Shown here one piece after another: positions 1 through 8,638 of a DNA stretch of 59,601 bases (the stretch's first letter is position 1; each line of letters begins with the position of its first letter). This stretch comes from Gammaproteobacteria bacterium. GTDB lineage: Bacteria > Pseudomonadota > Gammaproteobacteria > WOZS01. The stretch lies in assembly GCA_011620135.1 (NCBI GenBank), contig WOZS01000005.1, forward strand, positions 1-59,601. The letters run 5' to 3'. Both the position numbers and the translations under genes were made by a program. The notes under the pieces were generated by a model, which was not told the DNA's origin, did not search any database, and saw only the letters and a list, made by a program, of their open reading frames with translations.

Positions 1-286
1 AGCGGTCAGACTGCCGCCGCCTGCCGCCCCAGCAGCACAGGCATGGGGGTGGTCTTGAACCCAGCTGCCGGGTTTCAACCGGGGTCGATTGTCATTTGTA
101 ATATAGTACTGACTGAGGAATATGGCCGCGGGTTTCACGGGGCGGTCTGTGCAGGGGGAAGGCTGCTGGTCTTCGTTGCAAGCCCAAGGTGAGAAACCGG
201 CCGTGATGTGATGAGGCAGAAAGTCAGCCTTGAGGCTGTTTAGGCGGCTGTGAGCAGGTCTGATAGAACGGCATGGATGGTGGCGA

Positions 287-1180
287 ATGAGGCTCGAGCG
301 GCACAGCGGCGCCTCATGGATCGAAAAGGCGCGGGCCTGGGCGGATCTGATCCGGCTGCGCAACCCCACGGGCTTTCTGCTGTTGCTGTGGCCCATGCTG
401 TGGGCGTTGTGGCTGGCGTCCCAGGGCCGACCAAACCTTCGCTTGCTGGCCATCATGACAGCCGGCGCCTGGGTGTGCCGTGGTCTGGGTTGTGCCATCA
501 ACGACCTTTGGGACCGGCACCTCGATGCCCAGGTGGCGCGCACCAGATCCAGGCCCCTGCCCAGCGGGCGCCTGCGCAAGGATGAGGTGCTGCTGGGAGG
601 TGCCGCCATGGGGCTGGTGGCCGTCTTGCTGTTGGGGCTGTTACCATCAGCCACATGGCCCTGGGGGCTGGGAGGCGCCTTGTTGACTGTCACCTATCCC
701 TTGACCAAGCGCATCCTGGCCCTGCCGCAGGCCTATCTTGGCCTGGCCTTCGGCTGGGCCGTGCCCATGGCCTTCGTGGCAGTCTCGGGCAGCGTGAGTG
801 CATTGGGTTGGCTGGTCTTTGCCAGCGCGGCCATATGGGCGCTCATCTATGATGGTTTTTATGCCATGGCTGACGAGGCCGATGACAGAAAGGCCGGTGT
901 GCGTTCCATGGCTGTGTCGCTGGGTGCACATGTGCTGCCGGTCATTGCCGGCTGCCAACTGGGCATGATGCTGCTCTTGCTGGGCATCGGTTGGGCAGCG
1001 GATCTGGCCTGGCCCTATTTCCTGGCTCTGCTGGCAGTGGCTGGGTTGTTCCAGCGTCAGCAGGCCGTGGTCAGGCGTTTTGGTCATGAGGCTGGGTTGC
1101 GCGCCTTCCACATGAACCAATGGGTGGGGGCGGTGGTTTTCATGGGTATTGCAGGAGGACTGATGAGCCATGGCGGATAA
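287..1180 (+). CDS. ubiA: 4-hydroxybenzoate polyprenyltransferase
   Basis: LIRLRNPTGFLLLLWP start, Asp-rich motifs INDLWDRHLDAQVARTRSRPLPSG and YDGFYAMADEADD, multiple TM helices. Confidence 0.95.
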   Translation: MRLERHSGASWIEKARAWADLIRLRNPTGFLLLLWPMLWALWLASQGRPNLRLLAIMTAGAWVCRGLGCAINDLWDRHLDAQVARTRSRPLPSGRLRKDEVLLGGAAMGLVAVLLLGLLPSATWPWGLGGALLTVTYPLTKRILALPQAYLGLAFGWAVPMAFVAVSGSVSALGWLVFASAAIWALIYDGFYAMADEADDRKAGVRSMAVSLGAHVLPVIAGCQLGMMLLLLGIGWAADLAWPYFLALLAVAGLFQRQQAVVRRFGHEAGLRAFHMNQWVGAVVFMGIAGGLMSHGG

Positions 1181-2255
1181 GCCCTTGACGGTGGATGGGC
1201 AGGGACAGCAGGCGCCCTGGGTGCGCCGCCTCATGCCTTGGTTGCTGGCCGCAGCAGGGCTGATTCTGGCCTATCGGTTGCGTGCCGTGCTGTCGCCGTT
1301 TCTGATCGGCATGGCCATTGCCTACATGGGGCAGCCGCTGGTGGAGCGTTTGTGTCGGCTGCATCTGCCACGGTCTGCTGCGGTTGCCGTGGTATTCACG
1401 ATGGTGTTCGGTGTGGTCATCCTGCTGGTGATATTGGTAGTACCGGTGTTGATCGATCAATTCCTCGTGCTGATCGAGCGGCTGCCCACCTTGTTCGATG
1501 ATCTGCAGAAATTGCTGCGCCGCTTCGGGGTCCATGTGCCACCGTTCGATATCCGCTCCTTGATCAATGGCATGGCCGCCCATTGGCGGGAAGCTGGAGG
1601 CGTGGCGGCGCGCCTGGCTGCCTATGCAGGACGTTCCGGGGCTGCATTGTTCATGTTTCTGGCCAACCTGGTGCTGATTCCGGTGGTGAGCTTTTATCTG
1701 ATGCGCGACTGGCATCAGGTGGTGGCTTGGGGGCGTTCCCTGATTTCTCCGCGCTGGGTGGAGCGCCTGGATGATTTCTTCGTGGAAGCCGACCGAGCCC
1801 TGGGCGCCTTCCTGCGGGGGCAGGTGCTGGTGATGCTGGTGTTGGCTGTGATCTATACCCTGGGCTATACCCTGGTGGGTGTGCCCCAGGCCGTGCTGGT
1901 GGGCTTTTTTGCCGGCCTGATGAACTTTGTGCCCTATCTGGGCCATGTCATGGCTTTCCTGGCGGCCAGCGCCTCGCTGCTGGTTTCCGGCCAGTTGGAT
2001 TGGTCCGCGATGCTGGGTGTGGTGGCTGTGCTGGCGGTGGGCCAGGCCATGGAGCAGTGGTTTCTGACGCCCCGGCTGGTGGGCGAGCGCATCGGTATGC
2101 ATCCTGTGGCGGTGATGTTTGCTTTGTTGGCTGGTGGCGAGCTCTTCGGATTCACAGGGCTGCTGCTGGCGCTGCCGGCTTCCGCGGTGGCCGGTGTGGT
2201 GGTGCGTCATGTGCGGCTGTGGTGGCATCAGGACGGAAGCCGCCAGTTGCCATGA
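1170..2255 (+). CDS. AI-2E (PerM-like) family membrane transporter
   Basis: Hydrophobic 361 aa with LSPFLIGMAIAY, FLRGQVLVM, NFVPYLG and LTPRLVGERIGMHPVAV motifs; usual neighbour of hda. Confidence 0.9.
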   Translation: MADKPLTVDGQGQQAPWVRRLMPWLLAAAGLILAYRLRAVLSPFLIGMAIAYMGQPLVERLCRLHLPRSAAVAVVFTMVFGVVILLVILVVPVLIDQFLVLIERLPTLFDDLQKLLRRFGVHVPPFDIRSLINGMAAHWREAGGVAARLAAYAGRSGAALFMFLANLVLIPVVSFYLMRDWHQVVAWGRSLISPRWVERLDDFFVEADRALGAFLRGQVLVMLVLAVIYTLGYTLVGVPQAVLVGFFAGLMNFVPYLGHVMAFLAASASLLVSGQLDWSAMLGVVAVLAVGQAMEQWFLTPRLVGERIGMHPVAVMFALLAGGELFGFTGLLLALPASAVAGVVVRHVRLWWHQDGSRQLP

Positions 2256-2944
2256 AACGGCCCCGCTGGCGGCAGACTGCCCTGGCCCTGCCGCCTTTGC
2301 AGGGGCCCACATTGGCCAATTTCATCATCGGCGACAACGCTGTGTTGCTGCACCTGCTGGAGCAGATCAGCGCCGGGGCTGCCGTTCCAAGGCGCATGCA
2401 TCTGGTGGGGCCCGCCGGCTGCGGCAAGAGTCATCTGCTGCATGCCGTGGGGACGGCGGTCCTGCAGCGCGGCGGGATGGTGCGCAAGATCGATCTCGAG
2501 GAGATTCCTGCGGTGGATGATGCCTGCTGGCAGTTGAGCGAGCTTGTCATCATCGATGGCCTGGACGTGACACGGCTCGATCCCCAGCGAGCCGGCCAAC
2601 TGGTGGCCCTGGATGCCCATGGTGGCGGGGCATGGCTTTCGGCCAGCAGGACCCACCCCGGTTCATGCCCGGCGCTGGTGCCGGACCTGGCCTCGCGCCT
2701 GGCGGCAGACAGCTTCGTGGTGCAACCGCTTGACGAGCAGGGCCGGGAGCATGCCCTGCGGGCCTACGCCAGGGACCGGGGTATCATGCTGTCGGAACAT
2801 GTCTGGCGCTATCTGTTGGCCCGGGCCGAGCGGAGCATGACCGAGCTTACAGCGCTGCTGGACCGCATGGACCGTGCGTCCCTCAGTGAGAGTCGCCCCA
2901 TCACGGTGCCTTTCCTGCGCACTCTCTTGCAGTCCACATCCTGA
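2252..2944 (+). CDS. hda: DnaA regulatory inactivator Hda
   Basis: ATG at 2252 overlaps the upstream stop (ATGA). Clamp-binding-like QTALAL, NFIIGDN, Walker A GPAGCGKSHL, PDLASRL, RSMTEL. Confidence 0.85.
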   Translation: MKRPRWRQTALALPPLQGPTLANFIIGDNAVLLHLLEQISAGAAVPRRMHLVGPAGCGKSHLLHAVGTAVLQRGGMVRKIDLEEIPAVDDACWQLSELVIIDGLDVTRLDPQRAGQLVALDAHGGGAWLSASRTHPGSCPALVPDLASRLAADSFVVQPLDEQGREHALRAYARDRGIMLSEHVWRYLLARAERSMTELTALLDRMDRASLSESRPITVPFLRTLLQSTS

Positions 2945-2950
2945 TCCCTC

Positions 2951-4024
2951 CTAACTGATGCGCCGCAGCAGAACCAGGCCCAGGATCAGCACCATGGTAC
3001 CGGGCAGCAGCGCAGGCAGTGGCGCACCCATGGCTATGGTGACGCCCAGATAGATGGTGAGCTTGTTGAGCACATAGAAACCGATGCCCAGGCTCAACCC
3101 CAGCACCAGTCGCCGCCCGCTTGAGGCTCGCCCCCAGGTGCCCAAGGCCAGGGGGACTGCCAGCAGCAGCAAGGCCATGATGGACAGGGGGCTGGCCAGT
3201 TGCTGCCAGAGGGCATAGCGGTAGGGGTTGGGGTCCTGGTGTTGCTGGCGAAAGGTTCTGATGATGGCAATCAGCTTGGATGGGGGCAGGCTTTCTGTGG
3301 GCAGCAGCAGCAAACCGAGGTTGCCCGGCGGCAGCGGCGAGGAGATGCTGAGTGTCTCTTGCAATGGGGTGCGCACCAGCATGTTGCCTTGCATGTGGCG
3401 CACCACCACCCGAGAGAGCAGCCAGGGCTGCCCATGGCGCACCAGGACGTTGGCCGCACTGATGCTTTCCTGCAACAGGCCATCCTTGTCGAAATACAGC
3501 AGATCCACATCGCTGAGATGCTGACCATGACGGATGCCGCGGACCCGCATGACGAGCCCATCATGGCGCACATAGAAGCCTTGTTTGCCCGTCTCCTGGG
3601 CAGGCAGGGATTCGGTCTTGAGCGCCTTGTTGAGATAGGCGCTTCTGGCCAGGGGTGGCATGATCCATTGGGCCAGTGCAATGTCGGCCAGCAGCAGGAT
3701 CGAGCCCGTGACAAGGACTGCCTTGGTGATCTCTCGCACCGACAGGAAGCATGAGCGGATCACCAGCAGCTCACAGGACTGGTTCATGGCCCCCAGGGCC
3801 ACGGAAACACCCAGCAATGCGATCACCGGCAGCAAGCCGATGATGGTCTGCGGCAGGGTCAAAAAAACAAAAAGCAGCGCGTCCAGCAGGGTATAGCGGC
3901 CAGGTTCCAGATCATCGATCTCCTGGACCAGGATAATGACGCTGAACAGGCCGCCCAGCGCCATGGTCACCATGATGAAGCCACGCAGCAGTTGGGCTGC
4001 TATATAGCGCTGCAACCGGTTCAT
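2951..4024 (-). CDS. lptG: LptG/YjgP-YjgQ family permease, probably a sphingolipid-locus paralogue
   Basis: True start is MNRLQRYIAAQLL at 4024 (ATGA overlap with lptF stop), not the 730-aa ORF start. 3 TM, beta-jellyroll, 3 TM; YRYALWQQLASPLS motif. Confidence 0.85.
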   Translation of the reverse strand: MNRLQRYIAAQLLRGFIMVTMALGGLFSVIILVQEIDDLEPGRYTLLDALLFVFLTLPQTIIGLLPVIALLGVSVALGAMNQSCELLVIRSCFLSVREITKAVLVTGSILLLADIALAQWIMPPLARSAYLNKALKTESLPAQETGKQGFYVRHDGLVMRVRGIRHGQHLSDVDLLYFDKDGLLQESISAANVLVRHGQPWLLSRVVVRHMQGNMLVRTPLQETLSISSPLPPGNLGLLLLPTESLPPSKLIAIIRTFRQQHQDPNPYRYALWQQLASPLSIMALLLLAVPLALGTWGRASSGRRLVLGLSLGIGFYVLNKLTIYLGVTIAMGAPLPALLPGTMVLILGLVLLRRIS

Positions 4025-5139
4025 GATCGATGCCTGCTCAGCATGAGCCCTATCAGCAGGGCACCCAGCACCGCGATGGGAATCAGGAACAGGCCGGGGA
4101 TGGCCGGCAGGTTGTTGGACTGCATGAAACCTTTGAGGGCGGCTCCGCTGTTGTAATAGAGGGCTGCCACGGCCAGGGCAACCAATACCTTGCCAAAGCG
4201 GCCCTTGCGTGGTGGGCCTCTGCTCAGCGGTATGGCCAGGATGCCGAGCATCACCGCAGAGACCGGTGACCACAGGCGCCATTGCAGTTCGGCGGTGTTC
4301 GAGGGCGTTGCTTCCTGCCACAGCCTGGCGCTGGGAAGCGCCTTGGTCTTGGTGACGGCCTCCCGGGGCGGAGGCAGCGGAATATGCACCATGAGAACCT
4401 GGAAATGCACCGCTGTATCCGCCTGGGGTGGCGCGGCCAGGATATAGAGCCAGCCCTTCTGGAAAAGCAGGCCGTGACCGCTTGCTTCCTCGCCGGCCCC
4501 TGTGTGTTCCGTCACAGCCTGGGCGCGGATCACCCAACGCGATGTGCCGTTTTGCTGATCGAAATACACACCGGTCAGCTGGTTTCCCGCACGACCCTCG
4601 GCAAAGAGCACACTCCTGCCCAGCAACTGGAAGTGGCCGGGCTCCAGGCTGGTGAGGCTCAGGTTTTGCATGGCCGCGCGCCTTTGCTCGTAGAGCATGC
4701 CGTAGCCCCATGGCCTGACCAGCAGGCTCAGGTAGGCGGCGACACCAGCCACCAGCAGGATTAACGGCAGCAAGGCCTGGAACAGCTGCGGTCCACCCCA
4801 ACCTGCCGCCTTCATGGCCACCAGTTCCTGGTCGCTCTGCAGCCTGCCAAGACCGATGATCATGGAAAGATACAGTGCCATGGGCATCAGTACATCCATG
4901 GCCAGCAGCAGCTTGATGCCCACCACCCGACCCAGCGCGCCAGGCGTGAGCAGGCCGGCATGCTGGGAGATCAGCTCGCTGGTGGCGAGGTAGCCCGCAA
5001 AGATGCCCATCAATACCCCAAGGACACCCAGCAGTGGCCTGGTGATCTCCCAGAGCAGATAACGATGGAGATGGCCGCCGATCCAGGACAGCTCTGAAGA
5101 GAACGTTCTGGAAATGTCCAGGGTACTTGAATCGTTCAT
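4021..5139 (-). CDS. lptF: LptF/YjgP-YjgQ family permease, probably a sphingolipid-locus paralogue
   Basis: HRYLLWEI, GRLQSDQELVAMKAAG, LEPGHF, AELQWRL motifs. Start uncertain (5139 or 5175). Confidence 0.85.
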   Translation of the reverse strand: MNDSSTLDISRTFSSELSWIGGHLHRYLLWEITRPLLGVLGVLMGIFAGYLATSELISQHAGLLTPGALGRVVGIKLLLAMDVLMPMALYLSMIIGLGRLQSDQELVAMKAAGWGGPQLFQALLPLILLVAGVAAYLSLLVRPWGYGMLYEQRRAAMQNLSLTSLEPGHFQLLGRSVLFAEGRAGNQLTGVYFDQQNGTSRWVIRAQAVTEHTGAGEEASGHGLLFQKGWLYILAAPPQADTAVHFQVLMVHIPLPPPREAVTKTKALPSARLWQEATPSNTAELQWRLWSPVSAVMLGILAIPLSRGPPRKGRFGKVLVALAVAALYYNSGAALKGFMQSNNLPAIPGLFLIPIAVLGALLIGLMLSRHRS

Positions 5140-5325
5140 GCAAGATGACGCGTCATGCCCGGCGGGTTGACCCAAGATAAAACAGGAGCAATCGGTAGTA
5201 TACTATTCATTGAACTGTCACCGAAAATACAAGAAAATGTCATCAAAGGATATTTCCTGGAATCTGGAATTAGGAGAAATACTCATGCATAGCCGCATTA
5301 TCGCAAAAATAGGTCTGTTCAAGCC

Positions 5326-6096
5326 ATGCGCGCGGTAATTCTCAGTGCAGGTCGTGGCCAGCGGCTGATGCCCTACACCGCAGCGCAACCAAAATGCCTG
5401 GTGTCGGTCCTGGGCAAGCCCATCGTGCAATGGCAGATCGATCTTTTGCTGGATCACGGCATCGATCAGGTAGTGGTGGTGATCGGCTATGGTGCCGAGC
5501 AGGTGGAGAAGGTCTTGCATGATCACTATGGCGATGGGGTAACGTGCGTCTTCAATCCCTTTCACCACCTGTGCGATAACCTCATCAGTGCCTGGATGGC
5601 CCGGCCTTTCCTGCAGGGCGACTGCCTCCTGCTGAATGGCGATACGCTGATGGATCATGGCGCCATGGAGACCGTGCTTGCGGGCAAGGAAGGTCCTGTG
5701 GTGCTGGCCGTGCATCGCAAGCCCGTCTATGATGGCGACGATATGAAGGTCCAGTTGCAGGATGAGCGGCTGGTCCACGTCGGCAAACGCCTGTCTGATC
5801 CCATCGATGCCGAATCCATCGGCTGCATCCGCTTCAATGGAACGGGGGCCGGCTGGTTTTGCCATGCACTGGAAGAGGCGGTACGTGATGAGACGTCTTT
5901 GGGGCAATGGTATCTCTCGGTGATCGATCGCATGGCCGGCCAGCATCCAGTCTGGACCCAAGATATTGGCCAGAACCAATGGGCCGAGCTGGATTGTCCG
6001 GCCGATTTGGCCCATCTGCGGGAGGTATTGCCCCGCTGGAATCTGAGGAAGCATGGGTGGCATGCCGCGATGCCAAATGAACCCAAAGCAGGGTAG
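5326..6096 (+). CDS. Phosphocholine/phosphoglycerate-type cytidylyltransferase (LicC/CpgD-like nucleotidyltransferase)
   Basis: MRAVILSAGRGQRL...PKCL, LLNGDT, DDMKV, AESIG motifs of the NTP_transferase family. Substrate unknown. Confidence 0.8.
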   Translation: MRAVILSAGRGQRLMPYTAAQPKCLVSVLGKPIVQWQIDLLLDHGIDQVVVVIGYGAEQVEKVLHDHYGDGVTCVFNPFHHLCDNLISAWMARPFLQGDCLLLNGDTLMDHGAMETVLAGKEGPVVLAVHRKPVYDGDDMKVQLQDERLVHVGKRLSDPIDAESIGCIRFNGTGAGWFCHALEEAVRDETSLGQWYLSVIDRMAGQHPVWTQDIGQNQWAELDCPADLAHLREVLPRWNLRKHGWHAAMPNEPKAG

Positions 6097-6122
6097 GGTT
6101 TATCTGCTGCCTGCTGATTTGC

Positions 6123-6992
6123 TCAACATGCCGCAGCCCGGCGCGCCAAGCATTGTTCCACCAGCATGAGGTCTGCGAGGCTGTCCACGTCAACCGCCGC
6201 TTCGGGCTCATTGAGCACCACAACGCCGATGCGCAGCGCAAAGCGCGCCGAGAGCCGGTGCAGAAGACCTGCCAGGGAGAGCCGGCCCAAGGCATAGGAC
6301 AGCAGGATGCCCGGGCCAAGGCGGCGCGCCATGGTGAAGGGTTGCTTGCGGGCATCCTCCAGTTGCTGCCAGAACGCCACCACCCGGCTTGCATGGGCGT
6401 GGCGCAGGGCAAACAGGTTGGCGCCACAAAAGGCCCCTTCCGCAAAGCGCAGTCTGGTGCGTTTGGAGCCCGGGAAGGCGCTGGCGACACGCTCATGCGG
6501 CACGAGCCCGACGGCCAGGTCCAGTTGGCCATGGCTTGCCGAGGCACAGAAGGCATCGATGATGGCTGGTGTCAGCAGGGCATGGTCGGCGGTGGTAAGC
6601 AGGATGGGCAGCGTGAGATGGCCGAGGCAGGCGGCGGCGCTGCGTGCCGGACTGGCTTGCGGCACCCAATAAGTGCATGCAAGCCCTGGCCTCGCCTGAT
6701 GCAGGCGCTGCGCCAATGCATCGGCTTGCGGAGGATGCGGGCTATCCCACGGGCCGCACAGGGCGACATGGGCGATGGCCTGGCTGGCCTGCAACGCACC
6801 GAGCACCCGCTCCAGCATGGGTTGGCCGGCGACGGGTGCCAGTGCCTTGTGGGTCACACCACGAGCCTCCGCTACCGGATCGGTCCCATGGCGCGCTCCA
6901 GCCAGAACCAGCGCCGTCCAGTTGGCTTGTGGGCGAGCAAAAGCAAAAGATTGCTCCTGGACGATGTCAGTGCTGTTCCAGGGCGCGCTCAT
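6123..6992 (-). CDS. MobA-like NTP transferase (NTP_transf_3) of sphingolipid loci
   Basis: ALVLAGAR..DPVA...HKAL.PV.GQPML and PILLTTADHALL motifs. Start chosen at ATG 6992, overlapping the bCerS 3' end; uncertain. Confidence 0.75.
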   Translation of the reverse strand: MSAPWNSTDIVQEQSFAFARPQANWTALVLAGARHGTDPVAEARGVTHKALAPVAGQPMLERVLGALQASQAIAHVALCGPWDSPHPPQADALAQRLHQARPGLACTYWVPQASPARSAAACLGHLTLPILLTTADHALLTPAIIDAFCASASHGQLDLAVGLVPHERVASAFPGSKRTRLRFAEGAFCGANLFALRHAHASRVVAFWQQLEDARKQPFTMARRLGPGILLSYALGRLSLAGLLHRLSARFALRIGVVVLNEPEAAVDVDSLADLMLVEQCLARRAAAC

Positions 6993-8109
6993 AGATGCGG
7001 TAGCGTTTGTAGGCGATCCCTCCGATCGCCTCGATGATGTCGCGCATGGGGCGGTTTTGCTCCAGGATCCAGGACAGCTCCACCTGTTCCAGGCCGCGCC
7101 GCAATGCAGGCTCCCGCAGGGTATGGATGGCGCGCAGGGCAAGGGCAGCTCCCAGGATGGAGTGCTGGTGGATACGCCGTACGCCCATCAGGGCCACCCG
7201 TCCCCAACGGGGGTAGGCCCCGCCGCCCTTGAGACGCCAGAGCAGCTTGAGAAGGCCGGTTGGGAACAGCCTGCCATGGAGATCCCTGATCACCTCGTTG
7301 AGATTCGGCAGCATGACGATCATGCTCGCAGGTTCGCGATCCACCAGGGCCATCTGGATGAAATCGTCATCCACGATGAAGCGCAGCGCCTGCCCCAGTT
7401 GCTGGAACTCCTTCTGGGTAAAGGGGATGAATCCCCAGTTGTCCGCCCAGGCATCGTTGAAGATGGCGCGCATGGTCTCCAGTTCCTCGGTAAGCCTGTT
7501 GCGCTGCAAGGGGCGGATCGTGATGCGTCGAGCGGTGCGCTGCAAGAGGCGTTCCATGGTTTGCGGCACGGGAAAATCCGGCTTGATGCGGTAAGCCAGC
7601 AGATCCTGGATGCCCCGGTAGCCGCAGCGGGAGATGCGCTGGTCATACCAATGCCGGCCGTGGGGCATCATGATCACAGGCGGTGTCTCGAAACCCTCCA
7701 CCAGGCAGCCGATCTCCTCATTCACAGAAAGGCTGATGGGCCCGCGCAGGCAATGCGCCCCGAAGCGTCTCGCCCATTGCATTGCAGCCTCGAGCAAAGC
7801 GGCAAAGACGGCCTGGTCGTCCACTGCCTCGAGCATGCCGAAAAAACAGGCCCCATCATGGTGGTATTCCTGATGCAGCCGGTCGTACTGTGCGGTGATG
7901 CGGCCCACGGGGCGCTTGCCGTCGAGACATACGAAGGCCGCCACCTCGGCGTGCTCCCGCAGAGGGCTCTTTTTCGACAAGCGCATGGCCTCTTCCAGCC
8001 GCAGCGGCGCCACCCATGCCGGGTCGTCCTGGTAGACCAGATGGGGCACGTCCAGAAATTGCTGACGCTCGCGGCGCGTGGCGACCTGCGTGACTACCAG
8101 TTGCTGCAT
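6967..8109 (-). CDS. bcerS: Bacterial ceramide synthase (tandem-GNAT N-acyltransferase)
   Basis: PHLVYQDDPAWVAPL, VGRITAQ, FFGMLEA, RGPISLSVNEEIGCLVEGF..PP..MMP, AFNDAWADNWGF-like, LSWILEQN motifs; lies next to the spt operon. Confidence 0.8.
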   Translation of the reverse strand: MQQLVVTQVATRRERQQFLDVPHLVYQDDPAWVAPLRLEEAMRLSKKSPLREHAEVAAFVCLDGKRPVGRITAQYDRLHQEYHHDGACFFGMLEAVDDQAVFAALLEAAMQWARRFGAHCLRGPISLSVNEEIGCLVEGFETPPVIMMPHGRHWYDQRISRCGYRGIQDLLAYRIKPDFPVPQTMERLLQRTARRITIRPLQRNRLTEELETMRAIFNDAWADNWGFIPFTQKEFQQLGQALRFIVDDDFIQMALVDREPASMIVMLPNLNEVIRDLHGRLFPTGLLKLLWRLKGGGAYPRWGRVALMGVRRIHQHSILGAALALRAIHTLREPALRRGLEQVELSWILEQNRPMRDIIEAIGGIAYKRYRIYERALEQH

Positions 8110-8638
8110 AGTATGCTATGAATTTCCATGGCTACCCCAAGTACCAGAGAAGCCGGTACTCGAGAAGCCAGTATGTGATAGCTGGCGTATAATGACATCA
8201 GTTCGGGCGGCAGGAAGCATGAGCATCGTAGGACAGATGCCCTGATGAATGCAATGGTTCCCGGGAATGGGGTGAACCTTATAGCGGCCTGGCCGGTTTT
8301 CTGCATGCGGTTTCTTGTATTCGGCGCAGGGTTTGCGCCATAATGGTTTCCTAATTTAGATAATTTTGGATTTATGGCCTCAGGGCCTGCCATGTGGCAG
8401 TATGAAAAGCGCCATACTGCTGGGGATGCGGGCGAGGGCAAAAGGGCAGCCATGGGCTTGTTGCTTGCAGGCAGGCCAAGGGGTTGGCGCGGAGGCATGG
8501 TGTGTTTATGATCCATGGGTAATGCAGGGCAGTTATAAAACGAGAGGCATGGGAAAAGGGGCCTGATGCATGGGCTGCTGGCACCCCATTCTGGCCTGTT
8601 CAGACCTTGAAAAAGGTCAGAAAAATGGAGATGACACA

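Noticed and set aside
1-286. Partial gene or RNA at the left edge
   Set aside because: No frame gave a recognisable motif, and no tRNA or other RNA structure was evident.
2951-5143. 730-aa ORF suggesting a long LptG fusion
   Set aside because: The N-terminal half is an off-frame shadow of lptF; LptG homology begins at MNRLQRY (4024) with an ATGA overlap.
5167-5205. TTGACC and palindrome TAGTATACTA in the lptF/cytidylyltransferase gap
   Set aside because: Spacing does not fit a sigma70 promoter and a lone 10-bp palindrome can arise by chance.
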